Shown here: piece after piece, positions 1-13,400 of the stretch
Numbering within the stretch: the first letter of the stretch is position 1
Layout of the letters: each line of letters opens with the position of its first letter
Assembly: GCA_976226885.1 (NCBI GenBank)
Contig: OZ320316.1
Coordinates: forward strand, 57,970,001 to 58,034,000
Direction of reading: 5' to 3'
Length of the DNA stretch: 64,000 bases
Source: Iphione sp. A-MEVVRFRX5
Lineage: Eukaryota
Notes under the pieces: model-generated
Seen by the model: the letters and a program-made list of their open reading frames with translations, nothing else
What the model was told of the DNA's origin: nothing
The model's database searches: none
Translations under genes and position numbers: made by a program

Positions 1-1588
1 AAAGCCATTCCGGTTTCTTTTATGTAAAGCTACATCGGACATTTCTCATAGGAACATAGTGGAAGAATCGCGCATATAAAAAAGTTGCTCAGTATGATGG
101 GGTCATTTAAAAAATAAACCATCATAGGTCGCTTCATAATCTCATTACCATATCAACGACCATGGAGGACAAGGGCTCAAAATTAGACATCCCAGTAAAG
201 AGAGGATTTTTTTCCGTTACGAGGAATGCCAATGGGGAGGGATAAGCGTGGAAGGACATTGAATTCATCATCAGACCAAATGTGCATGAAGGTCATATTA
301 AGAAAGATCAGGCCATGTGGAAAAGAAATTCGCTAAATTACAATATTTTTAAAACTTATGTATATGGCATCTCAGAAAAAGAAAAAAAAAGAAAAGGGAG
401 TGTTATTGCACGTATTCTTGATTGATGCATAAAGGTTGATCAGTCATGTTTTTGCTATAGAAAACTTTCAAACCACCTAAAATACTATGAAAATTTTCAT
501 TTGGCTCACACAACTTTCGACAGTGGTAGAAGATGATTGATTTCACAGAATCTAAAAAAGACACAGGGTTGCTTTAAAATATATTTCATCACAAGCATAT
601 GTGCACAGCTCCAGTATAGGGAAACAAAATGTTACATTCTCTTGTTAGTAAATTTAATCAAATCACATATTTTAGGGTGAAATGAAATATTATTAGGTTT
701 ATCTTTATGATTAATATAGATAATGTATCTATGCAAGCCAGTGATTAATAATTTAATTAATAAATCTTGGCTGGTCTGGTTATATAGTCATAGATACATC
801 TGTGGTTCATTCATAACACTGGACATTGTGATACTGCTTTGTATTATTAACAAGGAATCCTGTCATTTATTCAAAAACCATAGTGTTTCTGTTTCAATGT
901 ATAAAATTAACTTTAATGCAATAAAAAAATTAATTATCAACCCTTTCTTTACATTTCCTTAGAACCTATTTTCAGTAATGGATCACATGTGCAAGTAGCA
1001 ATGACACAGGACACCACAGTTATGAATGAACCAGCATATAAGAATGCCACCAATTGTCCATAAATTATGATTTTAATATCAGATCATTCATACTATTCAA
1101 CAAATACATGTTTTGCAAGTATCATAAATGAAAAGTACAATAAAAATTATACATGTAATGGCAATAACAGTTTAAAATACAATGTATATGTAGAAATGTA
1201 ACATTTTGGAAGTGATTTTTTGGTCAATTTTTCCATAAAATTACTCATAAACATGACAATTGTGTATAAATTAGAAATAAATTGGTTCTAACAGGTTCTA
1301 TGGCATGTAGTCAACAAAATAAGGGGCTTTCATTATATATTTTAATTTTTATTATTTCTCATTTTAAAGTCTTTTTAGTATCACCCCTCTATTTACCCTA
1401 TACTGGAGCCATGCACATATGTAATGTTATAATGTTTTTCTTCGGTAAAACAAACACATATCTTGCCAAAATGAAGGTCTGAAGCGAAGTCAGGATTAAG
1501 CCCCGCCTGCATGATTTAATTTCTGACAGTCAAGCATCCTTAACAGATCATAGCTGATGACTTGGTAAACTGACAGTAGCTTGAACAG

Positions 1589-1634
1589 TATATACAACGA
1601 TATACTACACCTGATACTGCGCGGATGTTATTCA
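1589..1634 (+). CDS. Candidate 5' iGluR exon (YIQRYTTPDTARMLF)
   Basis: aacag| acceptor, |gtacgg donor, phase 1 end. Joined to 2014 it reads MLFSRAIL, resembling the iGluR ATD 'aF..Av' helix. Speculative. Confidence 0.22.
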
Positions 1635-2013
1635 GTACGGCCGGAATGAAAAGATATTCATATGATGTACATACATGTGACAATGACCAAATATCTTTTG
1701 CCAGTCCTATCAAAAATATTTTTAAAAATAAAACACTGACGCTAATGCCATTGCCGAATCAAGGCTATACATTTACGGTAGGTTGAACCAATTTTGTAAC
1801 AGATTCAGATGAGGACTCACATGTTTTTATCAACATTTTTATTTTGCATAATTTTCATTTTGAAAAGTTTGCATAAACTATAGCTATTTATGGAACCATT
1901 GGACTATACTGGTTACAGATACTCCAGGGATGCATGTGATGTTACCAATTGAAATAAAGGCTAATAATAATCAGGAGGAATGGTGAAAAACATTTGCGGT
2001 TGTTGACATACAG

Positions 2014-2136
2014 GTAGGGCTATTTTGTTGGAGCGTCGAAAGGCTCCAGAACTCCTCCTATTTCATGGACCTGTTCAGTGTAGTTTAGGCATGAAGGCTA
2101 TAGAAACGATGTGCGGAGAATTAAACGGAGGATATG
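2014..2136 (+). CDS. Candidate iGluR ATD exon (RAILLERRKAPELLLFHGPVQCSLGMKAIETMCGELNGGY)
   Basis: ttgacatacag| acceptor. MKAIETMCGEL has the spacing of kainate-receptor FEASKKACDQL, including the first ATD cysteine. The phase-1 donor gtcgtc is weak but matches the phase of 3749. Confidence 0.4.
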
Positions 2137-3748
2137 GTCGTCTGCTTAGAACTAGGAGGTAATAGCATTGTGCATGATGCTCAGACTGTAAATTATATAT
2201 TATGTAAATTATCATTTTATACGAAAAGCAACACAAAGATTACCAGCCTGTCCTTGTAACGTAATGTGGATATAGAACACAGCCGTGTATCAAATGCAGT
2301 GCTTATTTTTATCAACGGCCATCAAATTAATGTACGAAAATGACAGGCGATACTTAGGTCCGAAAATGGAACGTCCGAATGCAAAATATCCTAGAGGAAA
2401 ACTTCATCTACTTCATGTCTCAGCTCAACTTTACATTGTATAATTTAAGCCAAGCATAGTATAAACTCTTGTTGACTCCATCGGCAAAGCCCTTTCCCTT
2501 TGATAAATGTTAGTCTACGATATTCGAAATTATTCACCGCCAGTATCTGTAATGATCTACTTATCTTATCTAGTATCATTTGTCAGTGATAATGACTACT
2601 TACATCCTAGGGAGAATCCTATCGACGAATTTTTCTTGTCGTATGTCTGCCGGATAATAAAGAGTGACAGGGAAAATAATTGAATGGCATTACAGACAGC
2701 CTCCCGTCCAAACGCAAGCAGACCATTTGCACACATTTGGGAGGACTTTCAACATTAGAACGTTTTGTCAGCACTGCTGCCCTCCACTGCTTATGGATGT
2801 GGCTGTGGTGTTCTTTTTGTCGATGAGCTTTCGTACATGATAAACTGGTGTCCGTTACTCTACATTACTACATTACTACTCTACATTTCTTAAAAACTTT
2901 AATCACTCTCCTCCACAGCGACTAGCTCTCATACAAAGAGTCTCCTTTACTCTATTCGAAGCTAATTTGGGGTTAGTCAGCATTTATTCGTGTACATGTA
3001 TAAATGTAATGCATTTTGTGCTACTTTTTCCCTGGTGTATGAGGAAGAATGATAAAACCGTTCCCCTCATATTCCCACCGTCTACCCATCTTGCTACAGT
3101 ATTGCAAGACATTTTAAGTATCTCCTTCTTGCCTATATTGCAGAGGCTCCCTCTCCCCTCCCTACTTCTTGGTCGCTTTGTCCTCTGTGTCCACTTTTAC
3201 ATACCATTAGCAGGCTAGTCCATTGGCGCGTGCGTACTTCCGCCTTGGGTGCCTAACAGCAGATGTTTTATGAGATCTTTATTCCGGATAAGATTACTGT
3301 TGGTTGTACAAGCAGTCCAAGTAATGGCGTTGGGGATGCGGCCGGGGCCCGCCCAGAGATCAGATTGACTTGTGGTAACCATGGGCAACCGCTGAAGGAC
3401 AAGTAGATAAAACTGTCTAGGAGGAAGATGTAGAGAGTGATTATGTATAACGGGATCAGGAGCTGGTCTTCAGACGCAGGTAGGCGTCAGGAAAAGGTTT
3501 TTCGCCTTTTCTGCAGTTGCTTAGGTAAAGTAATCAACCTGGTATCACCATGTAATCTAATACCATAGAAAGGTCACCGCCTCAGCAAGCAGATGTATGA
3601 GGAGGGGATACATTTATGTATCATTACGCCTTGGTAATAGATGCAATCGGAACAATCAGTTGCACTATAAAAATGATCTGATCATCGTATCATAAAGGCC
3701 CCATTCCTATTCTTCAGAATAATGTCTAGAATGAACTGTTTCTTTCAG

Positions 3749-3994
3749 CATACATGGAGATAGGCACAACGAATATATCGGCCATGATCGGGCCCTACGT
3801 TGAGCCACTTGCGACGACGACTGAAAAGTTTGGGATCCCTTACTTCGTGACATCACCACCGGAAACAGTACGCTACCGTCCGTACAACATGATCGTCGTC
3901 TATCCAAATGATCTTGACGCCATGTTAGTAGCAGCCGACGTGGCGCGGAAATACGAGTGGCGCGACCTAGCGCTCATCTATGATAACAACGATG
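3749..3994 (+). CDS. iGluR exon, ATD (..NISAMIGP..FGIPYF..YEWRDLALIYDNNDG)
   Basis: tttctttcag| acceptor, |gtgagt donor; AxxGP, 'ip.f' and 'W....liYD..dG' ATD motifs; phase 1/1. Confidence 0.85.
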
Positions 3995-6965
3995 GTGAGT
4001 ATGATATGCCTCATAGAAAGACACACGTGGGGCCTCTCTTCCTGTTTGTGCCTCTACCTTCACTCAGTCTAGTGTCTCTTGTTAAGGTTGGCATTTATGT
4101 GAAAGGTTGAATCTGTCATGTTGAAATTCTCCTTGTCACTTGTTTAACCCGAACATTTAATCTCCAACATGGGTAATCTTAGATTCTTGCATTATACAGT
4201 AATACATAACGAAGCATATAAAATTTTCACAAATGTCCGTATTTAATTAGGTTCATTTCAAATGACTTACTTTTATGGCAAATGGAAAAATATCCATTAT
4301 CAGATAAAATTGTCCGCGGAGGAAGTTTCAATTCGTGAAGAGTGTTAAATCAAAGTTTAAAGTACTCGTTATGTCGGACACGCTTGTAGTGGACTAAGAA
4401 GTGACAAGGAATCGTTTGAAAAGTCAGCTGCATCCCTTGAAGTATTATGTTCCTTGTCGACCTGTCATTAGGTTTTGTGGCTTTCTTTTGTGCTTTTGAC
4501 AAAACCTTCAGTTCCATTATATGAACGATTTTCCTTAGGCCAGAAACATAACTCGCCACAAAAAAGTTCTTGGAGAGCGGGCAGCCTTACTCGGAATTTC
4601 CGCCCAGAATTGTGCCGTCCGTAGGTAGAGATCCAGGGTTCATGCGGATCACGATGGAGGTTCTGATTGAATTTGATTCGGTCGATCAAGATCAGTACTA
4701 AATGTCTAGCAGTAGCGGGGACACGTCCTGCCCCACGAGAGTCTCGCTCTTCACCCAACCGTGGGCTCACCCGCAATGCCTCGCCGTCTAACCGTCCTTT
4801 GCCCCACCCCTTCCCCACTTGTCAATCCATCCGTGTTGTTCCTGGGAAATCTTTTCACCGGTGGGCGCAAGTAATCAATCACTTCCGCTAGAATGGTACT
4901 TCCAGCAGACTGTTCAATTACCTCTAGGACACAGAACGAACTAGTCACCTATATTGTAGTCAGAACCAGCTTACTTAAATTTTAGTTAAAAAATGATGCA
5001 TTGGTTCTTTTATACAACGTATTCTTGGGAAGAAATCGACTTCCCTTCATCGCTTTCTCCATGAGATTGTTTTTTAGAATACAAAATTATCCCTGGAAAG
5101 ACAAGTCAAGGCCGAGTCTATAGAGTGTACGATCAACAGACAGGTAACTTCCATTACAACTTAAGTAAGCTGGGATGAATAGGATCAGATTGCTTGCCTT
5201 TGGTTGCGTCAAAGAGGAAAACATAATGCAACGGCCGCCGCGGGTGACCTATCATATTTAGGGCGTAGTAAACACTGAGAGTGCTTTTACAACGACAGTC
5301 TGTCGCACCCGGTCATGTTTTATATCATAACTAGTACCTTTCTCATTTCAACCGAAACATAGCGAACAAATTAAGGACAGAGCGTAACTTAACAATGTTA
5401 TAGTGAAATTAATCTCAGCAAGGGTTATGCCAAAGACATTCTTGGTCTGAGGAGCTTACAGATAGCCTATCAAGCTATGCTAACAAACATCCTCGGGAGT
5501 CGCCGTAATTTGTATGTAGAAAGCGACTCGCAGGGAGTGGCTGGCGAGCCCGTATGGAGACCTCACCGCCCTCTGCGGACCGCGTGATTTCTCCTTGAGT
5601 AGCTACAAATTTTGGTGCTATTTTTCCTCGTTCGCTAGCCGAGGGCGGGACCTGTGGCCGTTGCGATTAGACTTTGTGCTAGGAATGGGACGAAATGACC
5701 TGGGCGAGGAGACTAGATTCCCTGGAGTGGTCGGCAGGCGATGTGTGCTCCCTGATAGTTTGAGGTAGAGTAAAGAGCTGACCCGTAAGCCAGTCGTCTG
5801 CATCACTCTACCTCAAATGGGGCCGCAGCTTTGTAGGTGGTGTGGGGTACATCTCTGTTTGTGCAACATTCCGAATACCGGTCACATATCTTTTTATCAA
5901 GAATAAATCCACCGAGATCTCGCGTCTGCTCATCTTCGATGACAATTAAGACAAAACAAACGTATTTGGAATAGCTCAGTTAGAGTCAATTAACCTGTTT
6001 TCTGAGAGACCTTCAAAGGTCACATCAAACAATGTGTTATAACGCCAGCTGCAATCGAGTAAAAAATCGAATTACAACATCGTAATCCCACGTGTGTCCA
6101 TATTTGATGGAACCGTATTTTTAAAAAAGACAAGGTGAATAGATTTATCTGACCGCATAATGTTTGTGGCAACAGTGTGTGTGACTAGAGTACAAACCCA
6201 GCTGTATTTCGATTAAGACCTTCACTCAACGAAAGTAATGTAACGATCATACGCTTTACTAAATTTCAGTTAGCTGATATAAAAAAATTATTACAGCAAA
6301 TTATAGGTTTTGCTTTATAAGTGAAATCCTGTTATCTAAGGACTGAACACAAAGCTTAGTTGTAGTGTAATGTATCACAAAAGGATATCGTTTTGATAGG
6401 TTCTCTTAGTATGGCCTTTGAGATCCCTGTATAGAAGTCATGACCTTAGGATCATGGAAAAATGGCGCTGGAAGAGACGTTCATCTTTGAAGAAAAATAT
6501 TGAAGTATCGTGTCTGCCTTTTTCAATATTTCAATTTTGGTGTGTTATTTTCTGGAAAAAAATAACAGCGTCTCAATGTCAATTGGTCAACAGAGATGTC
6601 ATATTGTAAACAGCAAACAGGCTTTGAATTACACAGTAAGACCGTGTATCCTGTTTATATTTCTGCACTTAACAGTAATACATGTAGTGCACAGCACATG
6701 TCATCGCGAGAGTAAAACGTCAGTTCTACAGTAAAACGTCGCTATTCCAACACTGCTTGGTTCCTAGAGATAATGCCTGCAATAGCGAGGATGGTGGAAT
6801 AGTGAGGGAGTTGTACTTACATAAGATTAAAATATGAAATAAGTATTTTTAATGTTTTAGCAATCTTGTTAGTGTTTCAGATACAATGTATAGAGGTACA
6901 GTTCAAGTAAATGTATTTGAAGATACTTAACACGGCATGGGTAATGTATGCATGTACTTTTATAG

Positions 6966-7144
6966 GCATGCACCTGGTGGAGCGGCTGGTGTTGTACCCT
7001 GCATTGCGCGTGCGTAGTTGGCGCGTGACTACTGATGTCGGACAAAAGGATGTGAGAGACATTATGTTAACCATTCGCAAACTATCCATCACCAACGTAA
7101 TACTCTTTACAACTGGAGATGTGGCAAGGATGTTCATGGACGAA
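6966..7144 (+). CDS. iGluR exon, ATD (GMHLVERLV..DVRDIMLTIRKLSITNVILF..MFMDE)
   Basis: ttttatag| acceptor, |gtaagt donor; phase 1/0 fits both neighbours. Confidence 0.85.
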
Positions 7145-7420
7145 GTAAGTAGTAACCAAACTCAAACGGATGCCACATCCTAGACTAAAATTATTATAAG
7201 ATGGTTTTACTTAACATAAAAGGTTTTGTTTGTTGTTCAGCTTTCATATGACAATGTTGGAATAAGTAGAGACAGAATCAGATTATCTTCTTGGAAGAAT
7301 AGACTACAAAATCATTTCCGAGCATTTAACGTAAGCATATTTCCAGTGCATTAATTCCAGATCTAGCCTTTCCTAGTCGTCCCATTTCTGATGGTTCTCA
7401 TAATACTTTCGTTTATACAG

Positions 7421-7474
7421 GCTCTACATTTGAGTATGTTATCAAGCCATTATTCCTGGATGTTACCTAATATG
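7421..7474 (+). CDS. iGluR exon, ATD (ALHLSMLSSHYSWMLPNM)
   Basis: tttatacag| acceptor, |gtaagt donor; 54 nt, phase 0/0; matches the 'A..lgm....Y.y' ATD segment. Confidence 0.8.
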
Positions 7475-10400
7475 GTAAGTTTTTCAAAGCTTTTCCGTCT
7501 GTGTTTTGGTTTCATCTCTCAGAAAGAAATAATTGATGCCAAAAGAGTTTTGAGATCTACTACACAGGATCTTTGGATTCTTATAAAATAACAAAGAGCC
7601 CATTGGACACAGGACAAGTCAGTTACCGTTTTACTGTTCAAGACTGGAACACGGGTAAAATATACATGATCCAGCACTGAATAGAGACGAAGATCGTTAA
7701 CCTGAATCTTGAGAGTTGCTTCAGCACGCAGAACAGATCCCTCAGAGGTTTCGCTGGGAAGCGAGTTTCATTACAATGTCGCCTATTAGGTAGGTAAGTG
7801 CCCTTCATTCATGGATTGTGAGCGCAAAGTGATGAAGCCAACCCAAGCTATGACAGTGCCAAAACCACTCACAAAAGGAAACGCACCGAAGGCCTGTAAT
7901 GCCCCTCCCCTAAAACATACATGCAACGTACTGGCAGGTAGTATAGCGAGGTGAACCTGCATATTTAAATAGGAACTCTTTACATTGGCAGGGGGTGGGG
8001 GGGGGGCGAGTGTAATAAAGATCGGGGACAACTGATCATTTTTTCGCCCTTTCTCTGTTTCCCGTATGCAAACATATCTTCCAGGGACGAGGGGAACCAA
8101 GTGATCTATTTATAGCCAGGACTACTAACCTAGGAGTCTGTCACTGTCAAGGTTAAGAGTACACCTCTTGATCCGTTTTCCGTGGAGCCTTTAAAAGTTC
8201 ATCCTGTGCGGATTATGTTCCCAGCAGGCGTGTAAATGGTATCCATTTGTCTACGAGTGTGGTCGCATTAGTGACAAATCCCGACCGCAAGTACTACCCT
8301 ATTATTCAGGGATTGACAAATCCCGTCGCCTAAGGTTAAATGCACAGTCTTAGCTCTCAGTCACCCTCTTCTTTACTCTTTTTGATACTCGCTTCCCCTT
8401 TCTGTGCTTTCTGTTACAGTGAACCATTGATTTTTGCCGTTTCAATGGCAAACCCCTGTGAAATGGCTCGTCCGCGCTGGCGCGTGCGGTCGGTATCCTC
8501 TGATCACTGGACTGGGTTTAAACAGTTCCCAGGGTCATATTGATGTGTGAGCTGCAATTCTTTTGTGGTGTGGACGCAGGCGTAATGACCTCACAGCATG
8601 AAAGATGCTTGCAGCTCGAATTGGCGGTTAGAGGTCGGGTATGCACGCGTGGAGTGGCCCCACAAAGGCGCTTATTGCCTGAGTAGCGTGTACCGTCACA
8701 TCTAGGAAATTGAAGCCGAAGACGATTGTACACCGCCTGTATTCGAACCGCCGCTGATATTGACATGACGATATCTCGGTTGGATGGAGCGGCGACAGGA
8801 CCGGGCCCCTTCCTGGCAGCTGAGCTCAGTGGTCCTGGTCAATGCCAACTGAGCAGCCATGTCGTCTGGGCAAGCGGTCGACCGGGGCATACTTCAGGGG
8901 AGAGGCAATCTTTGGCGGGTTGTGTCCTATCTATGCTTTATATCAGTAGGACGAACATCCGTCATGCGTCCGCCCACGGCGACAAAACAGGGAATCATAT
9001 AGAGCCATGGAAGTCGTCGAGACTCACCCTATGGGAAAACGTCCGTACACTACAATATATGAACAGAGAAATAAAGTTCCATTCTATGGCCCACCTCCCC
9101 CTGCTCATATTCGAAATCATCATTCTTGTATAGTTAAGAGTAACGAGTCCCAGTGCGTCTTGTTAGAATTCGCCTTCGGCGGGGAGGGGCTTACCTTACA
9201 CAGATACAACGACGCCGCCCTCGCCCAATTTGTCTACGTGTCCTGGCTAACAACCCTCCCTGGTTCATTGCGCAGACCCCCTGACGCAGCCCCGGCCTAC
9301 CATTTCCGGTGCGGACGGGCAGAGTCAATTTGGTAATTGCGTTTCGGTTGGGCCCTGCAGGACGGCGGTCTAGCGCAGTGGGAAACAGCCACAACAGTTC
9401 ACAATGCCATCATATTGACGTCTCCTCCAGCTTCCCCGCCTGCAATCGACGCCGACCGGCGGTTGGACGGGGGCGGCCTAAACGGAGACTGACCACATGG
9501 GGACTGCTGTAGTCAACGGCCGTTGTCCCCGCCCCACTTGCCAACACTGCCACTGGGTAGGGTGTATTGCTCACGTTGGTATGAAATAAAGCCAGGCAGC
9601 ATATGAGGCGCGCTGGACACTTGCCAGGGAGTAGCAACCGCGAGCATTTAGCCAACATTAGACATACACATCACAAAGGAAACACAATTTGCATGGCGGA
9701 CTCGATGGAGCGTTGTGCTCTGCTTACTGATTCAGCAGAGAGCGCTTGAAACACGAACTGGCTTTTAGTCCCCGAGTCTCTGCTTTCCTGTCGCCAGTTG
9801 CAGTGATGCCCTGCTGCCCTGTTTTCTCCTAGTTCCAGCAGTAGATCAAGTGTGAATCGATGACAGGTAGCGACAAAGTCCTGACTCATTTTCTTTTATA
9901 TCTACCCCAATTAATGTGACCCTCGAAGCGTACCAATGCGCCTTTCCCGTATAAGTCTCCTTTATTAAGCGTTAATTATGGTGTATTCGTGAGGCAATTA
10001 CTACGGGCAAGAGTTATGTTAGAAAGAGTGCCCAAAGGGCACAGTGGAATGCTACCCCTGTTGACAACTTTACAACCGCCCCCGCACCATTTTCTACATA
10101 GCATCCCTAGCAATGTTCCGTTTCTTTTTTATTACTGTCCTTGATATGGGTTTACGATGTTTGTCCTGGGCATCGTGCATGTCGGGGCGACGTCACCGTC
10201 TGCAATAAAAGTAGAGCACACTGAAGCCACCACGCCCTCTGTTGAGCAAAGCGCGAAGCATTGCGGGTCAGCAAAGAGCTGGGCAACAGTGTCGTGGTCA
10301 TCCTACTGGTTGGTGTTCAGCTGGTCGAAGTAAGATGACCGGCACTTGGCATTCATGTGGACTGACCAGGAAGGTCTGGTCAACCTAACGACGCTTGTCC

Positions 10401-13400
10401 CTCATGCATTGGAATGTTTCAGTAAGGCAGAAACTTAATTTACCGGCGGGCGGACGCTGAGAGGAATGGCCCAACGACGCCGTCTCCGTTTAGAAGAAGC
10501 GAGCATTTCCCAAGAATTAACGAGGATCCAGCCATCCGTCTGTATTGGCTGTATTAAGCTTTGGAACGTGACGCTGCAGTCCTCGGACCAGCGGCGAGTT
10601 TCCGAGGAAAAAAGAATATGACACGGTGAAGCTATCTTAAGACAATTTATATTTAACGACCCATTAGGAACGACTTCCCTCGTATTTGAAGTAGATTATG
10701 CAGGAAGGGCATGTGATATCTACAAAATGGGATGCTGCTTGAAAAAACACCCATTTGGAATGGGCCACAAAAGCAAGTCACTTTTGTAATGAATCATTGA
10801 AGTTTATGTCCTTTGGAAGGGTCATCAAATCATAATTGCCCACGAGGTTCCTCCCTTGTGACTCAAGAAATAATGAGATTGTACCTGTCCTGAAGCCAAA
10901 CGCATCAATATTGTACATAGTTGGAACCCACCGTACATTTATCAGGCGAGCTAGTAGTAAAGACCCTGGTCATACAAACTCCAGATTCTCATCAAGCATC
11001 CGGGGTACATAAATGTACGACAAAAATGACTGTATTGTCTTTAGAGGTTGTTTCAGCGATATTGAGCGGCCCGCAGGACTTGCTCTTGGTTCGCTTTGAT
11101 TACATGTCTAGCTGTGCCGTTTATTCATGCCTAACTGGACCTCGAACAGTGATAGGACCCGATTTAGTTTCGGGCGTCGACACTGTCGTCGTGTTCGACT
11201 CCTTTGAACCGTTCTTATGAGAAGATCGATTCGACAGGGATGGGGTTGAATCAGGTTTGACTAAACAAGGCAATACGCTGTCATAGAGATGATAACTACC
11301 ACATGTAAAAACGGCGAAATGTGAAATTAGCCTGATATCATTAAAGAGCCTTGCTTAGGTTTTCTTGCCGGCTCAATCGTTGCTATGGTGACATGCATGG
11401 GGTACCTCATGGCGTCTGAATAGCCCACTGCACTCAGGTGATGAGCGATAAACCGTGCGACAAAGTACTCCAGGCTCCTCCGATGGGCCTGCGGTGTCGA
11501 ACACGTGTTTCCTCGTTCGATTCTCGTGTTTGACTGCGCGGAAAATGCTGCAAAAAATCGATGGATTACCACTTAAATTGCCGCGGATGGACTGCTTTGG
11601 ACGAGCTGCCACGCTAAAAGCGCACCGGCGCCTTCACACGGACAGCGTCCAGCAGCTTCTCGACTTGCTCATTACAAGGAGCCGCTCTTGGTCCTGTGTG
11701 TCATCTTTCACAGCATGTTAGTCAGTGATTTCTTCAGTCACAGCTGTGCGCCGTTTGGAGAAAAATGACAACACTTTTACGTGCTCAACAATGTCCACCG
11801 GGTAACACTTTCATATTTTCAATTATTTTATGATTCATACCATATTTTCAATCAACTTATATTTAGAAGTACGTTTCAAATGCTGGAACACCCTGATATA
11901 CTTGCTCAGAGTATATTGCTTTCTTAAACACACTTCAAAGACAATATCTTTGACCCCTAAAGGATATGCGCCTTATGATATAACATGCCCGAAGATTGTG
12001 CCCAGACTGCGATGCCTGAATGAATGTCTCTTGAAAGGCAAATATTTCAGTGTGGTAGGATTCAGTGAAGGAAAGGGGACAGCGTGCATGGGTGAAAACA
12101 GCACAGTTTATGACTCAACAAGAATGTATTCACTTGAGACATCAGAACAGTAAATTTAAATGTTTTGCCTTTTAACAACCGCTCATAGTCAGGCTTCATA
12201 TCACGGAAGCGGGATGCACTCTACGCAAACATATGCAGTTAATATGTTGAAAGTTTGATGAAGGAGTACTGCATGACGGACAATTGTGAACCACACCAGA
12301 TGTTCAGCAGGCATCTCTGATGAGCTAACATCAAGGGTAAGGACGTCCAAATCACGTATAGACTCGACCGCAACAAGGAAATGATATTTTAAATGAGGAC
12401 CGAGTACACCGAACAATATGTCGTGTTTGTGTAGAGCTGCTTATTTAAAATAAAACTTTGTCCGTTCATGTGGCTCCTGCCTAGTTTATGAGACGGGTGC
12501 AAATACATCTGCCGGAAGCTACCATCCATACGATATAAATAAACACATCTCACTTTTGTGAAAAGGAATATATCAACGGTGACCTTTCCGAGAGAATAGC
12601 AGGAAACGATTTGAATTTTTCAAGACAGTCTCTCTGCAGATTTTTTTTTTCGCTGGGAAAAGGTATTGCGTTATATCTGAAATGTGTACATAAAAATGAA
12701 CGCTGGGTAACAGAAGTTTTCCAAAGGACCCCCTGACTTTGGTCTAAATAGATCCATTTATTTTAGCCAATGTGCAAGCTAACCACGAAACCTGGCGAGC
12801 TCCTTCCTCCATCCAATCAAGAGACTGGAGTATCCATGGTGACCCATTGCAAATAGCCTGAACGCCATCTCGCAGCAAGCATCGGATTAGAACGGCAAAA
12901 CACGAAACAGCCGCGAGGCGAGGTGATAGGCCCACTGGTACTCGGGGGAATTCACGAGTGACCAATCACGACAGAGCTAACATGGCATTGGAGTGGTCAG
13001 TCATCAGAGGCTAAAGGGGTCTAAATAGATGGACTGTCAGCCCGCTAAGGGCAATGGGAAGATAGCCGCCAGAGAACGGGCGGCGGGAGCAGGCCAGCCA
13101 AGCAGGAAGGGGTAAGGGGAGGGACCGGCCACTGAGCTGCCTTGATATTGAACTCATGGGTCATGATTTGAGTTGTGCCTCGCGAAGAACTTTCCATTTT
13201 CTCGGAGATACAGGCGGATAACGCTCGGCCGACAGTAGGGCTTTCATAGGTGATCTCTGAGAGTTACTGATTGCATAGTCAAATGATTAAGATGACTGCC
13301 CTGATCGATAAACTGACAAATAGGACGGACTTCGCAAACAAGCTCAGTGGACAAATGTGTCCTCTGATATCGACCGAACCATCAGGGCGACGGGAAACCA

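Noticed and set aside
3440-3479. Phase-1 donor GCAG|gtaggc as an upstream iGluR exon
   Set aside because: In-frame TAG just upstream, no pyrimidine-rich acceptor, and no ATD similarity.
11190-11205. GTTCGACTCC Pol III B-box (tRNA or SINE)
   Set aside because: No A-box at the proper distance and no cloverleaf.
11960-12153. Cys-containing ORF resembling a PAN/apple domain
   Set aside because: Cys spacing is incomplete and there are no supporting splice sites.
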